A stretch of DNA of 63,168 bases, counting the filler, from Chiloscyllium plagiosum (Eukaryota), in assembly GCF_004010195.1 (NCBI RefSeq). It is 5 parts of one record of this genome, joined end to end, with 100 filler letters (N's around TTAATTAATTAA, not from the genome) between each part and the next. Parts side by side here need not be neighbours in the genome. Positions count along the whole stretch, not along the records: positions 1 to 13,345 come from NC_057712.1; positions 13,446 to 34,819 come from NC_057712.1; 3 more parts are not named here. One strand, 5' to 3'. This document shows positions 12,293-23,699 of the stretch, piece by piece. The number at the start of each line of letters is the position of its first letter. Position 1 is the first letter of the stretch. A program made the translations under genes and the position numbers. The notes beneath the pieces are model-generated. The model had not been told where the DNA came from and did no database searches. It saw only the letters and a program-made list of their open reading frames with translations.

Positions 12293-13217
12293 ATGGCCTT
12301 TAAAGGAGTGATATGTACTTCTTCTCAGATGTGGGAGTTTAAAGAGAGTTTGAGGGTGACTGCGGATTATATCTGCCATAAATGCTACTGGCTGCGAATC
12401 TTATCAGATCGAATGGATCAGTTGGAGAGACAGTTAGAAGCAGTGTGGAATTTGCAACAGCAACAGTATGTGATATTATAGGAAGGGGGGAAAGCCTCAG
12501 ATACAGTCACATAGATGGGTTAACTCCAGGAAAGGTAAGAGAGGTAGACCACTAGGGCAGGAGTCTTTTGTGGATATACCCATTTCAAACAGGTATGCTG
12601 TTTTGGAAAATGTAGGCAATGATGGATTCTCAGGGGACCGTAGCATGAACAGCCAAGTTTCTGGTATTGAGACTGGCTCTAATGCAACGGGGGGTACGTC
12701 AGGTTCCAAGAGATCAAGTGTGTTAAGGGATTCTCTACTTCGAGGTACAGACAGACGTTTCTGTGGCCAGCAGGGAAAAGGCAGAATGGTGTGTTGCTTC
12801 CCTGGTGCCAGGTCCAAGGATGCCTCAGAGAGGGTGCAGAATGTTCTCACGGGGGAGAGGGGCCAACAAGAGGTCATTGTCCACATTGGAACCAACGACA
12901 CAGGAAGAGAAAAGGTTGAGATTCTGAAGGGAGATTACAGAGAGTTAGGCAGAAATTTTAAAAAAAGAGGTCCTTGAGAGTAGTAATATCTGGATTACTC
13001 CCAGTGTTACGAGCGAGTAAGGGCAGTTATAGGAGGATAGAGCAGATGAATGCATGGATGAGGAACTGGTGTATGGGGGAAGGATTCACATTTTTGGATC
13101 ATTGGAATCTATTTTGGGGTAGAAGTGACCTGTACAAGAAGGACGGATTGCACCTAAATTGGAAGGGGACAATATACTGGCAGGAAGATTTGCTAGAGCT
13201 ACTCGGGAGGATTTAAA
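12293..13217 (+). pseudogene. Frameshifted CR1 ORF1 (zinc finger/leucine zipper plus SGNH esterase domain)
   Basis: MAFKGVICTSSQMWE...YICHKCYWLRILSDRMDQLERQL; SVLRDSLLRGTDRRFCG...CFPGAR...VIVHIGTND; LYKKDGLHLNWKG (GDS, GxND and DxxH blocks of SGNH). Confidence 0.88.
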
Positions 13218-13345
13218 CTAGTAAGATGGTAGGGCGGGGGGGGGACCCAGGGAGATAGTGAGGACAGAGATCAATCTAAGACTGGTACAGTTGAGAACAG
13301 AAGCGAGTCAAACAGTCAGGCAGGCAGGGACAAGGTAGGACTAAT

Positions 13346-13445
13346 NNNNNNNNNNNNNNNNNNNNNNNNNNNNNNNNNNNNNNNNNNNNTTAATTAATTA
13401 ANNNNNNNNNNNNNNNNNNNNNNNNNNNNNNNNNNNNNNNNNNNN
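13346..13445. other. Synthetic assembly linker N44-TTAATTAATTAA-N44
   Basis: Exactly 100 bp. The palindromic core has stops in all six frames. Identical at four sites. Confidence 0.95.
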
Positions 13446-15435
13446 AAAAGCAACTTTTTCACACAGAGGGTGGTACGTGTGTGGAATGAGCTGCCAGACG
13501 AAATGGTGGAGGCTGGTACAATTGCAACATTTCAAAGGCATTTGGATGGGTATATGAATAGGAAGGTTTTGGAGGGATATGGGCCGGGTGCTGGCAGGTG
13601 GGACTAGGCTGGGTTGGGATATCTGGTCGGCATGGACGGGTTGGACCGAAGGGTCTGTTTCCATGCTGTACACCTCTATAACTCTAACAGTGCACCTCGG
13701 ATTCACGTAGGCAGTGCCAGGATAGCTCATCTCTCTCAAACTGTGACAGATGGCTACATGTACCACTTTTTCACATTGTTAAGGGCCAGGTAAGGAAAAT
13801 TTGGGGTGCTGGAATCAAGACATATGCAGGGGCAGATATAGAGGCGTGTGGGGAAGGGAAGCAGAGGGAGGAGGGTAGGGGAGAGAAGACGATGTATGGG
13901 TTACAACGGGGATGTAACAAATTCCAGCGCTCTGAGAGAAAGAAGGCGCAAGTAAATAGGAGTGCAGTGTGCCTTGACTCTCATTCATCAAACTACTTTG
14001 GTCTAATGCAGGCCAAAAATGAGCTGGTGAATCCATTTTACTCTTATTTCCCACCCCCACAGTTCAGGAATGTGCACTATTTCCCAATGGAATTCACAGC
14101 TGATTTTGGCCACCTGCAGCTGCTATCTCACTCCGAATGTCTTGCCTCAAGGTCCCAGTTGATTACAAGATTCCCATCTGTTCCATCTTGAGAAGCATTG
14201 CTAGTGTCCAGTTCTAAGACGCCACCAATTCTAAAGAAAAGGCACTTTTGCCATAATACTCCACATGTGCATACATGCAAAAGGTGAACGCACAAAAATA
14301 ATAGGGACACTCAAAAAAAAATCACATGGGGTGGGGTAACACACAGAGTAAGAAAATATGCAAAGTACAAGAGTGCTTCAGTCTGCGTGCATATGAAGAG
14401 TGAGCTAAGAAAGAAAAAGAATTAGTGGAGGAGTTTTATTGGGAGGGACTGATATTCAGAGAGGTATGATGTTGAGAAGGTCCAAGATGTCTGTGTAGAA
14501 AGAGCTAGAGAATGAAAAGTGCAGTAAAAACAAACTCAGCCAAAACTGAAGGCAGGCAAACAGGCTGATCACATACATACACAGTGCTTCATACCCAAAG
14601 TTTATATTTAATAAAGACTCTCCACACCACTCACCTCTACCGCACATCCCCCCCCCCCCCCACCCCCCAACCAAACATTCTTCTGAACAAACAAGAATCC
14701 GAGCAGCTGTCCCTCTGTATTCCAACCTCGGAATTTAATGGATCCACTGAAACCTTGGGAAATTACTCTGGGACTGATTTATTGACCAAGTTTACTTACA
14801 GCTACTAAGAAAAATAATAAACACGTTTACCAAAAAAAGTGACATAGCTAAGTGGAAACTATACCATGCCAGGGGTTATCAGAGCCTTTGACATTTTGTT
14901 AGAAAATGTTTACAGACTCCTAGCTAATTACAGAGAGTTCTACCATTTTAAAAAAATCCTTAAATTCAGAAGTTCATTTGCTATGATGTAGAATGACTTG
15001 CTACTCAAATGTGGACAAATTACATCCTACTGCTTTATTTTCCTGCCTCACACATCCACATTCAGTTTACTAGTCTAACACATCAGAAACAGTAGACATC
15101 TTTACACAAGCAAAACAAAGATTCCAGATTATACATCAACAACTTTTCCAGGGACAGAAAATTCTTGCCAAATAAGATTTTAAAACATTATTGCTGAATA
15201 ATCCTGAGAAATGAGTTCCCTAAAACGGACGTTTTTTCCAATTTTTTTTACTGCCATTTCCACTGGGAGAGAAATACAATCCCCAGTCGTAGAATTATTT
15301 CCGTCACTGTTCATACAACTTACAAAGATTTTTTAGTTGCTAATTTAGGCACTGCATTGGTTATCAAATTCAAATACTAGGTACAGCCAGTTATTGTGTT
15401 TTTGTACACCACTTATTGCAATCTCCAAACCTTAC

Positions 15436-15512
15436 CTCCTCCTTCTTCCAAAGTAGGTGCAACAAATACCTCCTCTCACACTCAAGTGAGGAGAGTTCCG
15501 TATAGCCCCGTG
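15436..15512 (-). other. Candidate internal exon (77 nt)
   Basis: actgcatacag|CACGGG...GAGGAG|gtaagg (near-consensus donor). Unique sequence. Two frames are open. Confidence 0.45.
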
Positions 15513-16800
15513 CTGTATGCAGTATTGTAACAGTGCAGAACAATTAAACATCAGGAATGTACAGCACATTAAAATTACTGGTGCTGACTTAGTAACACAA
15601 TCAATGACAGGCATGCGTTGATCATTTTGGGCAGGACAAGTTACGTATGGGACTGTAATTTTTAAAGCTAGGCCACTCCTCCTGGAAAAGACAGCTGGGT
15701 ACATCTGCAGCTTAAAACTCACAAACGTTGAGCTTAAAGAGGACAGCTGCCCTCATGTGTCACGTATCTGGCATGAGGCTCACAGCCATGGAAGGGGGAT
15801 ACAGAGAGCAGAGGGAGAGCAAAGCTGAGGAGGAGCAGCTGGTGGAAGGACAAGAGGAATGTGAGTGAGCAGGGAAGGGGAAGCAGCAGGTATGATGGGG
15901 TAAAATGGGATGAAGAGGAGGGGAGAGCAAAGGAGGGGTGCTGGGAGAACGAAGGAGGGATGCGGGCAGAGCAAAGGAAGGGTGCGAGGAAAGTGAAGGA
16001 GGGGTGCGAAGAGAGAAGGAAGCAGGAAAGCAGGGCTGCAGGACATTTTCCAGCTTGTTCTGCTAAGATTACTTACTATTCCAGGTTCATCCTGGATTGC
16101 TAAGATAACCATCACCTTCTTCTCTCCTCTGCAATACACCTTTCCAACCTCTCTATCCCAGTCTCCTTTTGCCAATAAAAAAAGTGTGTAGTACTCATAG
16201 AATTCTTTGTTACCAAGATCAAGACAACAGAAGCAGCTCCCTGTCACATCCCTCCCTTCCACTGGCCCATTTGGCCAAATGTCCTTTAATGGGCTCTACA
16301 CTCCATCTCTGAACTCACATCATCTGTCATTTCTCTGTAATCTCTCCTCATTCCTTCCCTGAATCCATCTGGTCCTTGTCACCCACTGTCCACTCCCTCT
16401 ATCCTGTTCCATCTACACTCCTCACTAGCCAACTTTCCTTCCTTGTCTCCACGTTAGTCTCTCTCTGCAGGTGTTATACTTCTCTCCTTTAAATCTATTT
16501 CTCTTTAGGTCTTGATGCATATGCTAGAAAGCTGCTATCCTACCTCAAACTTCCCTCTTCTTCAAAAAGGCCTGATATTGAATCATAGCCAGAATAGCAC
16601 TCCAAAGGCTTCTCTTCCACATAGGTATTGGGACTTCCATTGTCCTGCTAGCACCTAGGCATGGCTCCCTCCAACATCATATCTATATGCCTCCACTCAG
16701 TGAAATTATCCAAAAACACAGCATTAATTTGCAGATGTACACTGATAATAACCAACCCCATTTTGTCACCACACAGAATGGGCTGCGGATAGGCACATTT

Positions 16801-17259
16801 ATAGAGTTATCGAGTTATAGAGATGTACAGCATGGAAACAGACGTTTCGGTCCAACCCGTCCATGCCGACCAGATATCCCAACCCAATCTAGTCACATCT
16901 GCCAGAACCCGGCCCATATCCCTCCAAACCCTTCCTATTCATATACCCATCCAAATGCCTCTTAAATGTTGCAATTGTACCAGCCTCCACCACTTCCTCT
17001 GGCAGCTCATTCCATACACGTACCACCCTTTGTGTGAAAAAGTTGCCCCTTAGGTCTCTTTTATTTCTTTCCCCTCTCACCCTAAACCTATGCCCTCTAA
17101 TTCTGGACTCCCCCACCCCAGGGATGAGACTTTGTCTATTTATTCTGTTCATGCCCATCATAATTTTGTAAACCTCTATAAGGTCACTTCTCAGCCTCTG
17201 ACACTCCAGGGAAAACAGCCCCAGCCTGTTCAGCCTCTCCCGATAGCTCAAATCCTCCA
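16801..17259 (-). mobile_element. Young CR1/HER1 3' fragment
   Basis: SYRERLNRLGLFSLECQRLRSDLIEVYKIM...FFTQRVVRVWNELP...FKRHLDGYM plus short tandem tail. Confidence 0.93.
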
Positions 17260-17322
17260 GTACCTGCTGCTTGCCATTATTGTAATGCTAATTGCTGAGC
17301 ACATGGACAGAAGCAGGATTAA

Positions 17323-17454
17323 CGAGATAAAAACAATGACTGCAGATGCTGGAAACCAGATTCTGGATCAGTGGTGCTGGAAGAGCACAGCAATTTTGCC
17401 TGTCCTCGGATACTGCCTGAATTGCTGTGCTCTTCCAGCACCACTGATCCAGAA
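17323..17454 (+). mobile_element. Miniature hairpin PLE insertion (inverted tail plus pLTR tip)
   Basis: Perfect 35-bp inverted repeat 17361-17395 / 17420-17454. Inverted tail gactgcagatgctgga. Perfect 15-bp TSD CAGAAGCAGGATTAA at 17308-17322 and 17450-17464. Confidence 0.88.
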
Positions 17455-18014
17455 GCAGGATTAAGCCAGTCAAAGAGGAACATGTCCTCATATCTCTTCC
17501 TCACTGTCCATTTTGTCCACGTTACATGCACGTTGTAGGAGGGAAAGACAACATGTGGGAGAGACAGGATGAACGTATAGGGTTGAATAGCCTATACCTG
17601 CTCCTTATTTGACTCCCATATTTGTATGAATTCTGCTAAGGCCAGCTTGCAATGCTCAGTACCAGAGGCAAGCCAAGGCCAGTATTAAAAGCCAACTCCT
17701 GAGCTTGTTTCTGGTCCCCAACCACTTCCCTGGTGACCAGGACTTGGGGCCTATTCCGTTACTCTTCCCAGGTTTGCTGCTAAAATTGAAAAGACAAGCA
17801 ACCATGTAACTGGGGTGAGGGGGCAGGGGAATAAATGATGTTGGCTCTCCTGATTTTAATGGCTATTTCTATTACCCGTTTATATTATTGATTTATTCAT
17901 TTTTATTCTTGTACCAAATTTTATCTTTCACTGTCCCATCGAGTGAGAGAAAAACTGAAGTGTGGAAAGATTGGACAATCTTGCTGTAAAGCTTTTTGTT
18001 TGTTTTTTTCTGAT

Positions 18015-18311
18015 GGCACAGGAGCATTAGTGGCAAAGCCAGCATTTCCTACTTGGTCCCAAACTCAATAGCTTACTAGGCCATCTCAGAGGGAAGTTAA
18101 CAGTGTACCACATTGCTGCAGATCTGCTATCACACATAGGCCACGGTGTCAGCAAACCAGATGGGTTTTTCTGACAATTATCACTACCGAAACAAGTTTT
18201 CAATTAATTGAATTTGAATTTCACCAGTTGCTGGGATTGGATTTGAAACCATGCTTCCCAAACGTTAGCCCATGCCTCTGGATTACTAGCCAAGTGGCAT
18301 CATTGTGCCAC
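18015..18311 (-). mobile_element. Older tRNA-derived SINE (non-HE1)
   Basis: Reverse-complement head gtggcacaatgatgccacttggctagtaatccagagg...ggtttcaaatcc. Tail (aaatgctggctttgccactaatgc) resembles the LINE 3' end at about 41010-41110. Confidence 0.65.
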
Positions 18312-18951
18312 CCTTGACACATGTCCCTATAGCCTGAGGCTAATGGCTTGGGCCAGCCAAATGCTGTTATGCTTTAGTGTCGTCAGTACTTGACTTCACT
18401 GAGATGGCATTTATAATCAAATAACAGGTCAGCACTCATCGTGTTCTGTAGAGACTGTAAAGACTGTGAGCCAGCAGACAGCAGCTTTCTAGCAAGTGAA
18501 AATTACTCTTTCTTAAAGCTTGAAAGTGACCAAATTATGGAGTTAAACTGAAATATTGCTCACAAAGTACACATTCACAAAGAAGCCAAATTCCCACTTT
18601 CATGTGAAATGGATCTTAACACATCAGAATCTGGATAGTGTGCTGTTCAGCAGAATTTGGACACAGTGTATGTAATCTAACCCTGGCACTTCTTGGGAAG
18701 AGAAGTTATTTCTTTGATATCTTTCTGCATTAACTCATTGGATACTGGAACTGCAAGTCACTTTGGTGAATACAACTCATCTTTTATATCCAGTTACAGA
18801 ACGAAGGGACTCAGAAACACCTCTAAATAATAACCTAAGGCAGGCAGCACAGATTTTCATAGAAAATACAGCAGAAGAACAAGCAATTTGCTGATTCTGC
18901 TTGAGATTTTAGAAGATCTAGTCCCAGAGCAGCAATTTGCTGCTTTCGTAC

Positions 18952-19053
18952 CTCTGACTTGTGACATACTCCTGATACCAGGCAGATCACTATGTGAGGG
19001 GCACATTGAGTGTACTTCAGATACTTTGTTGCTCGAATGTTGTTCAGGTCTTG
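18952..19053 (-). other. Candidate internal exon (102 nt)
   Basis: ttcctgtccatatgcag|CAAGAC...TCAGAG|gtacga. Length is a multiple of 3 and two frames are open. Confidence 0.4.
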
Positions 19054-19104
19054 CTGCATATGGACAGGAACAGCTTCTGAATTTCAGTAATCACAAATTA
19101 TGCA

Positions 19105-19447
19105 ATCTCGACAGTGTGGAAGCAGGCTATTCAGCCCATCGAGTTCACGCTGAAGAGCATCCTACCCAGCCTTATCCTCCCTACCCAATCGCTATAACTC
19201 TGCGTTTCCCATGGCTTATCCACCTAGCCTGCACATCCCTGGACACTATGGGTAATTTAGCATGGCTAATTCACCCTAATCTGCGCATTTTTGGACTGTG
19301 GGAGGAAACCAGAGTACACGGAGAAAAACTACACAGACACAGAGAGAATGCAAAAACACCAAACAGACAGTTGCCTGAGGGTGGAATTGAATCTGGGTTC
19401 CTGATGCTGTGAGACAGCAGTGCTAACCACTGGGCAAACATGCCACC
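19105..19447 (-). mobile_element. HE1-type SINE (diverged)
   Basis: Colinear with the copy at 10551-10843. Confidence 0.88.
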
Positions 19448-19449
19448 AA

Positions 19450-20790
19450 GTGGGACTGAACATTGCGATAGGTGAATATCCTCATTCTTTGTGATGGAAT
19501 GAAAGTCATTGATGAAACAGCTGAAGTTGGTTGGGCCTAGAGCATTACTCCAAGGACCTCCTGCAGAGATGTCCTGGAACTGAGATGATTGGTCTCCAAC
19601 AACCACGAGCATCTTATAGAATCGAGTCCCTACAGTGTGGAAACAGGCCATTTGGTCCAACAAATCTACACCGACCCTCCAAACAGTAACCCACCCAGAC
19701 CCATTCCCCTACCCTATTACTCTACATTTACCACTGACTAATGCATCTAACCTACCCATCCCTGAACACGATGGACAATTTAGAATGGCCAATTCACTAA
19801 CCTGCACATCTTTGGATTGTGGGAGGAGACCAGAGCACCCGGAAGAAACCCACACAGACACGGGGAGAATGTGCAAACTCCACACAGTCGCCCAAAGCTG
19901 AATCGAACCCAGGTCTCTGGCACTGTGAGGCAGCAGTGCTAACTACTGAGCCACCGTGCCGCCCCGAATTCATGTTAGGTATGATTCCAATCAGCAATTT
20001 TTCCCAATTCCCACTAGCTCATAATTTTGTTGGGACCCTTTATACCACAGTCGGCCAAAATCAAGGACAGTCACCCTCAATAACTTAGCTCTGTCCATGT
20101 TGGGCTCAAAAGTGCGAAGGGGCCTGGACATTTGAAGGTCAATGGGTAATACAACTTGGGGAAGCAGAGAGAAGTGAGCACATTCAAAACTGGGAGTTAA
20201 TATGGACCAGCTCCTATAAAAAGACTGTGAATATGCTTTAAGGTAGAACCAAAGCGTAGGGTTTTTGAGTATGTTAAAACTCGAATAGGGGATGTCTTCT
20301 CTGTAATTTTGAGTATTGGTAATGTTGATTTTATTTTGTTTGTTATACGAAATATCTTAAATCCTGAAACATTGTTGCATGATGTTTTAAATCAGTCACT
20401 GAGAATTAAATTATTTTTAAAAGGTTACTGGTCTCTACAGGGATAGTAACATTATGTATTCCTCATTGATATAATGGTAGAGTGAGGAAAATGCTTAACC
20501 ATGAGATTATAGATTGTTGACGAGTAAAAAGCTGATGTTGCCCAAGCCTAAATGTTGGTCAGATCTTGTTGCACACACTTCAGTGTTTGAGGAAGTGAAA
20601 ATGGAATCACAATAATCTACAAGCATACCACGTTTTGAACTCATAATGGAGAGACAGTCGTTGACCAAACAGCTGAAAATGACTGAACCTATGACATTGT
20701 CCCAAGAAACACTTGCAGCAATATCTGAGGTTGAAATGACCAGCATCCACACCCATCTTTGTGTGTTAGGTTTGATACTTGTTAGTGGAG
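19450..20790 (-). mobile_element. Ancient LINE RT remnants (CR1/L2 group), interrupted
   Basis: DISAGGPWSNALGPTNFSCFINDF and DIAASVSWDNVIGSVIFSCLVNDC resemble the RT motif [20 protein letters not shown]. Confidence 0.55.
19616..19965 (-). mobile_element. HE1-type SINE
   Basis: Full head ggggcggcacggtggctcagtagttagcactgctgcctcacag, body and tail. Confidence 0.92.
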
Positions 20791-21048
20791 TATTTTTCTG
20801 TTGATGTACAGCTCAACATTGCAAAGAATGTCTACTTACATTTCAAGGTAACAGGAATGTAATTCAACAATTTTGTGTAAGTAGGAACAAGGCAGAAACT
20901 TCACATGTTCAAGTCAGCCTTTTTAGATCAAAACTAAAACATCAAATTACCCAAAACAATGCTGTCCAAAAACAAAATATTTCCTTACTTCATCTTCCCT
21001 TTTGAAGTTTAGAAACTGCAGAAAGTCCAGGCGTAGCATCAAGCTTAC

Positions 21049-21178
21049 CTTTAGAGTAGCCTGAAATGCTACAGATAACTTTTTCTAACAGCTTTAGGTC
21101 CTCGGGTCAGGAGAGGGTCTCATGACAGACACACAGTAAATAATAGGTGAAGTCAACTCCATGCAATTCATGCTATTT
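21049..21178 (-). other. Candidate exon (130 nt; alternative donor extends it to 20989), non-coding in all frames
   Basis: catttcttattttcag|AAATAG...CTAAAG|gtaagc, with a second donor GAA|gtaagg at 20988. Stops in all three frames. Confidence 0.45.
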
Positions 21179-21719
21179 CTGAAAATAAGAAATGCTGGCA
21201 TTCAAAATACTTTCTACAAAGTGACAGTGAGTAATGAATTTGAATGTTTTTTTCTCTCTGGGTAAAAAGTGTGTTTAACTGTGCCAACAATCATTTTAAT
21301 CATTTGTGGCGCAGGAGGAAATAACATATTATCCAGATCTCAAATCAACTGAATGATGATATTTGTGAGCTAGGGCTTTTAAAAATAGGGTTGACCTATA
21401 TTTCTGCATTTAATTGGTTAATTATTAGATTTCAATACTTTGAACATTAGAAATAAAAGGTTATAATCCGTGGTCCATTGAAACATTTGGAAAACTGTGT
21501 AACGGATCAATGACACACTAATTGGGCACTAACCTGTACAGGCTGGACAGCCTATCAGTTTTAAAAGAGCTGACGCCAAACAAACCTTCAGCCACTCGAT
21601 GTGGCAGACACTTTTAGTGAACACCATACCGAGAACATTGGTATTGTTGCATTTTTGTTCATTTCTTAAATTATGCAGATATATCAACATACATGAATCT
21701 GGTGAACTACAAACTTAAA

Positions 21720-22750
21720 TACCTCTGTGTGAATAATGGCTTAAAGTGATCAGAACTGGGTACTTAATATTCAAGTCTAGAAAGTGTTCAGAAAAGGGAA
21801 TAAAAGAGAACTGGGGTGACAGGACTGTTTAGGGAAGACACTGTAGCATTGAAAAGGGAGGGTGTTTTTAAGGAGTAAGGACAGAATCCATTTGGTTAAA
21901 GTTGAGAATTACAATGGTGTTACACGAGCTATTGGGAGAGGCTGAATAGGCTGGGACTGTTTTCCCTGGAGCGTCAGAGCCTGAGGGGTGACCTTATAGA
22001 GGTTTATAAAACCATGAGGGGCATGGATAGGGTAAATAGACAAAGTATTTTCCCTGGGGTGGGGGGAGTCCAGAACTACAGGGCACAGGTTTAGGGTGAG
22101 AGGGAAAGATATAAAAGGGACCTGAGGGGCAACTTTTTCACGCAGAGGGTGGTGCGTGTATGGAGGAAGTGGTACAATTGCAACATTTAAAAGGCATCTG
22201 GATGGGTATATGAGTAGGAAGGGTTTGGAGGGATATGGGCCGGGCTTAGGTTAGATTAGGTTAGGATATCTGGTCAGCATGGACGAGTTGGACCGAAGGG
22301 TTTGTTTTCATGCTATACATTTCTGTGACTACTTGAGATGAACTATAGGCATCCAACTAGTAAGGGACCAATAGGGAAACAAATCAGAAGGGAAATCACA
22401 GATGAGCTTGGGGATTTTGGGGCATTTTAATTACCAAATATTAGAATAGTAGATCAATTGTCTATGAAGGAACATTTTTGTCAAGGTGATCATCATATAA
22501 AGTTTGAGTTGGTAATAGAGAGAAAAGTAATGAATTATATAAAGTGTACTGCATAGATTGGAAGAGGGCTACTTTCAATAATAATTAGAACACATCTAGT
22601 CAGCTAAAATAATTCAAAGACTGACAGGAAGAACTGCAATGGAACAGTGACAGTGACCTGTAAGGAAGAGATGCTTCACATGCAAGTTACATAAGTTCCA
22701 GCAAGGGCAAAACTGTCGGAAGACCAAAGCCAGAGCTCCTTGGATGATGT
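21720..22750 (+). mobile_element. Very old CR1 ORF2 endonuclease-region remnant, interrupted by a younger CR1
   Basis: Decayed EN motifs (tggcttaaa...tgggtacttaatattcaag; gggcattttaattacc; ggtgatcatcatataaag). Confidence 0.5.
21926..22331 (+). mobile_element. Young CR1/HER1 3' fragment
   Basis: Highly similar to 16801-17259 in the opposite orientation. Confidence 0.92.
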
Positions 22751-23139
22751 ATGAAATTGATTTTTCTGTTTCTGTTTTAAAAGCTGAGTATACTAATGAG
22801 TTAAGGACTGTTACAACAGCACATGTCCAGGAGCAAAGAAGCACGATACTCAACTAAGGAAACTATTTTGTAATTGTATGTTATCATCAGTCTCTCTGCT
22901 AAGTAACTCTGTTTGAAATCTGCAAATAAATTGAATTTGTGCTACTTACTAATCCACACTGAGAATGTTCACTCTTGGTTAAAGAAAACAACATAGAAAT
23001 AACACAGACATTATGATGAAACATAAAAAGAGTCTGATGGACATCAGATGAATTTTCAAGTGTGAACCAGGTCAAAACCAATGTGTTTGGAGAAATGCAT
23101 TTGTACCGAGTGAGCAAACTTGCTTATTTAGGAGATAAA

Positions 23140-23500
23140 ACATTAAAAATATTGGCAGGAGTAGATCATCTGGCCCTTTGAGTATGCTGTGCCATACAAT
23201 ATGATCATGATTGTTATCCAGCCCAGTATTTTGATCCTGCTTTCTCCTGCATACACTCTAATCCCTCCAGATTTAAGAACTATATCTAATTCCTTCCTGA
23301 AAATATTTAATGTTTTGGCCTCAAATGCTTTCTGTGGCAGAGAACGCCACACACTCTCTTAGTGAAGACATTTCTCCTTTTTTCAGTCCCGATTGGTTTA
23401 CCCTGTTCCCACAGATTGTGACCACCAGTCCTGGACTCCCTGGACTCCCTGGGAATATCCCTTCTGTATTTACCCCATCTAGTCCTGTTAGAATTTAATG
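23140..23500 (-). mobile_element. Degenerate CR1 3' end
   Basis: SRTGGHNL...RRNVFTKRV / WRSLPQKAFEAKTLNIFRKELD. Confidence 0.75.
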
Positions 23501-23699
23501 TTATTAGAATCATGTGATCTCTACCTCTGCTGTAAGTGCTTTCAATTTGATTAGAGGCAACCATTAAACAATTTACATGAAAAGCAGCATCAGAAAAGGG
23601 GACTGAGATTGAGTGAAATTTCAGAGCTGTACGAAAGTCAGCTATTGCAAAAAAAATTAAACCGTAGTCTGCAAATTTGAATTACTGGGGGAGTTAGAA

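Larger units (their letters stand above)
11690..13686 (+). mobile_element. CR1/HER1-type LINE: 5' UTR and ORF1, assembly linker, then 3' end (likely near full-length copy with ORF2 missing in the gap)
   Basis: 5' UTR with (GA)n, ORF1 remnant, and after the linker a canonical 3' end ...gggtctgtttccatgctgtacacctctataactcta on the same strand. Confidence 0.85.

Noticed and set aside
15780..16500. Purine-rich tract followed by a pyrimidine-rich tract, and a 160-aa Pro/Leu ORF
   Set aside because: Low-complexity sequence; I could not find a real inverted repeat or domain.
17323..17454. MITE or DNA transposon interpretation of the hairpin elements
   Set aside because: Asymmetric tail, identity to PLE pLTRs in the window, and 15-20 bp TSDs fit PLE retrotransposition better.
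21049..21175. Selenoprotein reading of HELHGVDFTYYLLCVCHETLS*PEDLKLLEKV (in-frame TGA), and similar TGA-interrupted frame at about 46030-46258
   Set aside because: No recognisable selenoprotein homology or SECIS element; isolated TGA codons are expected by chance.
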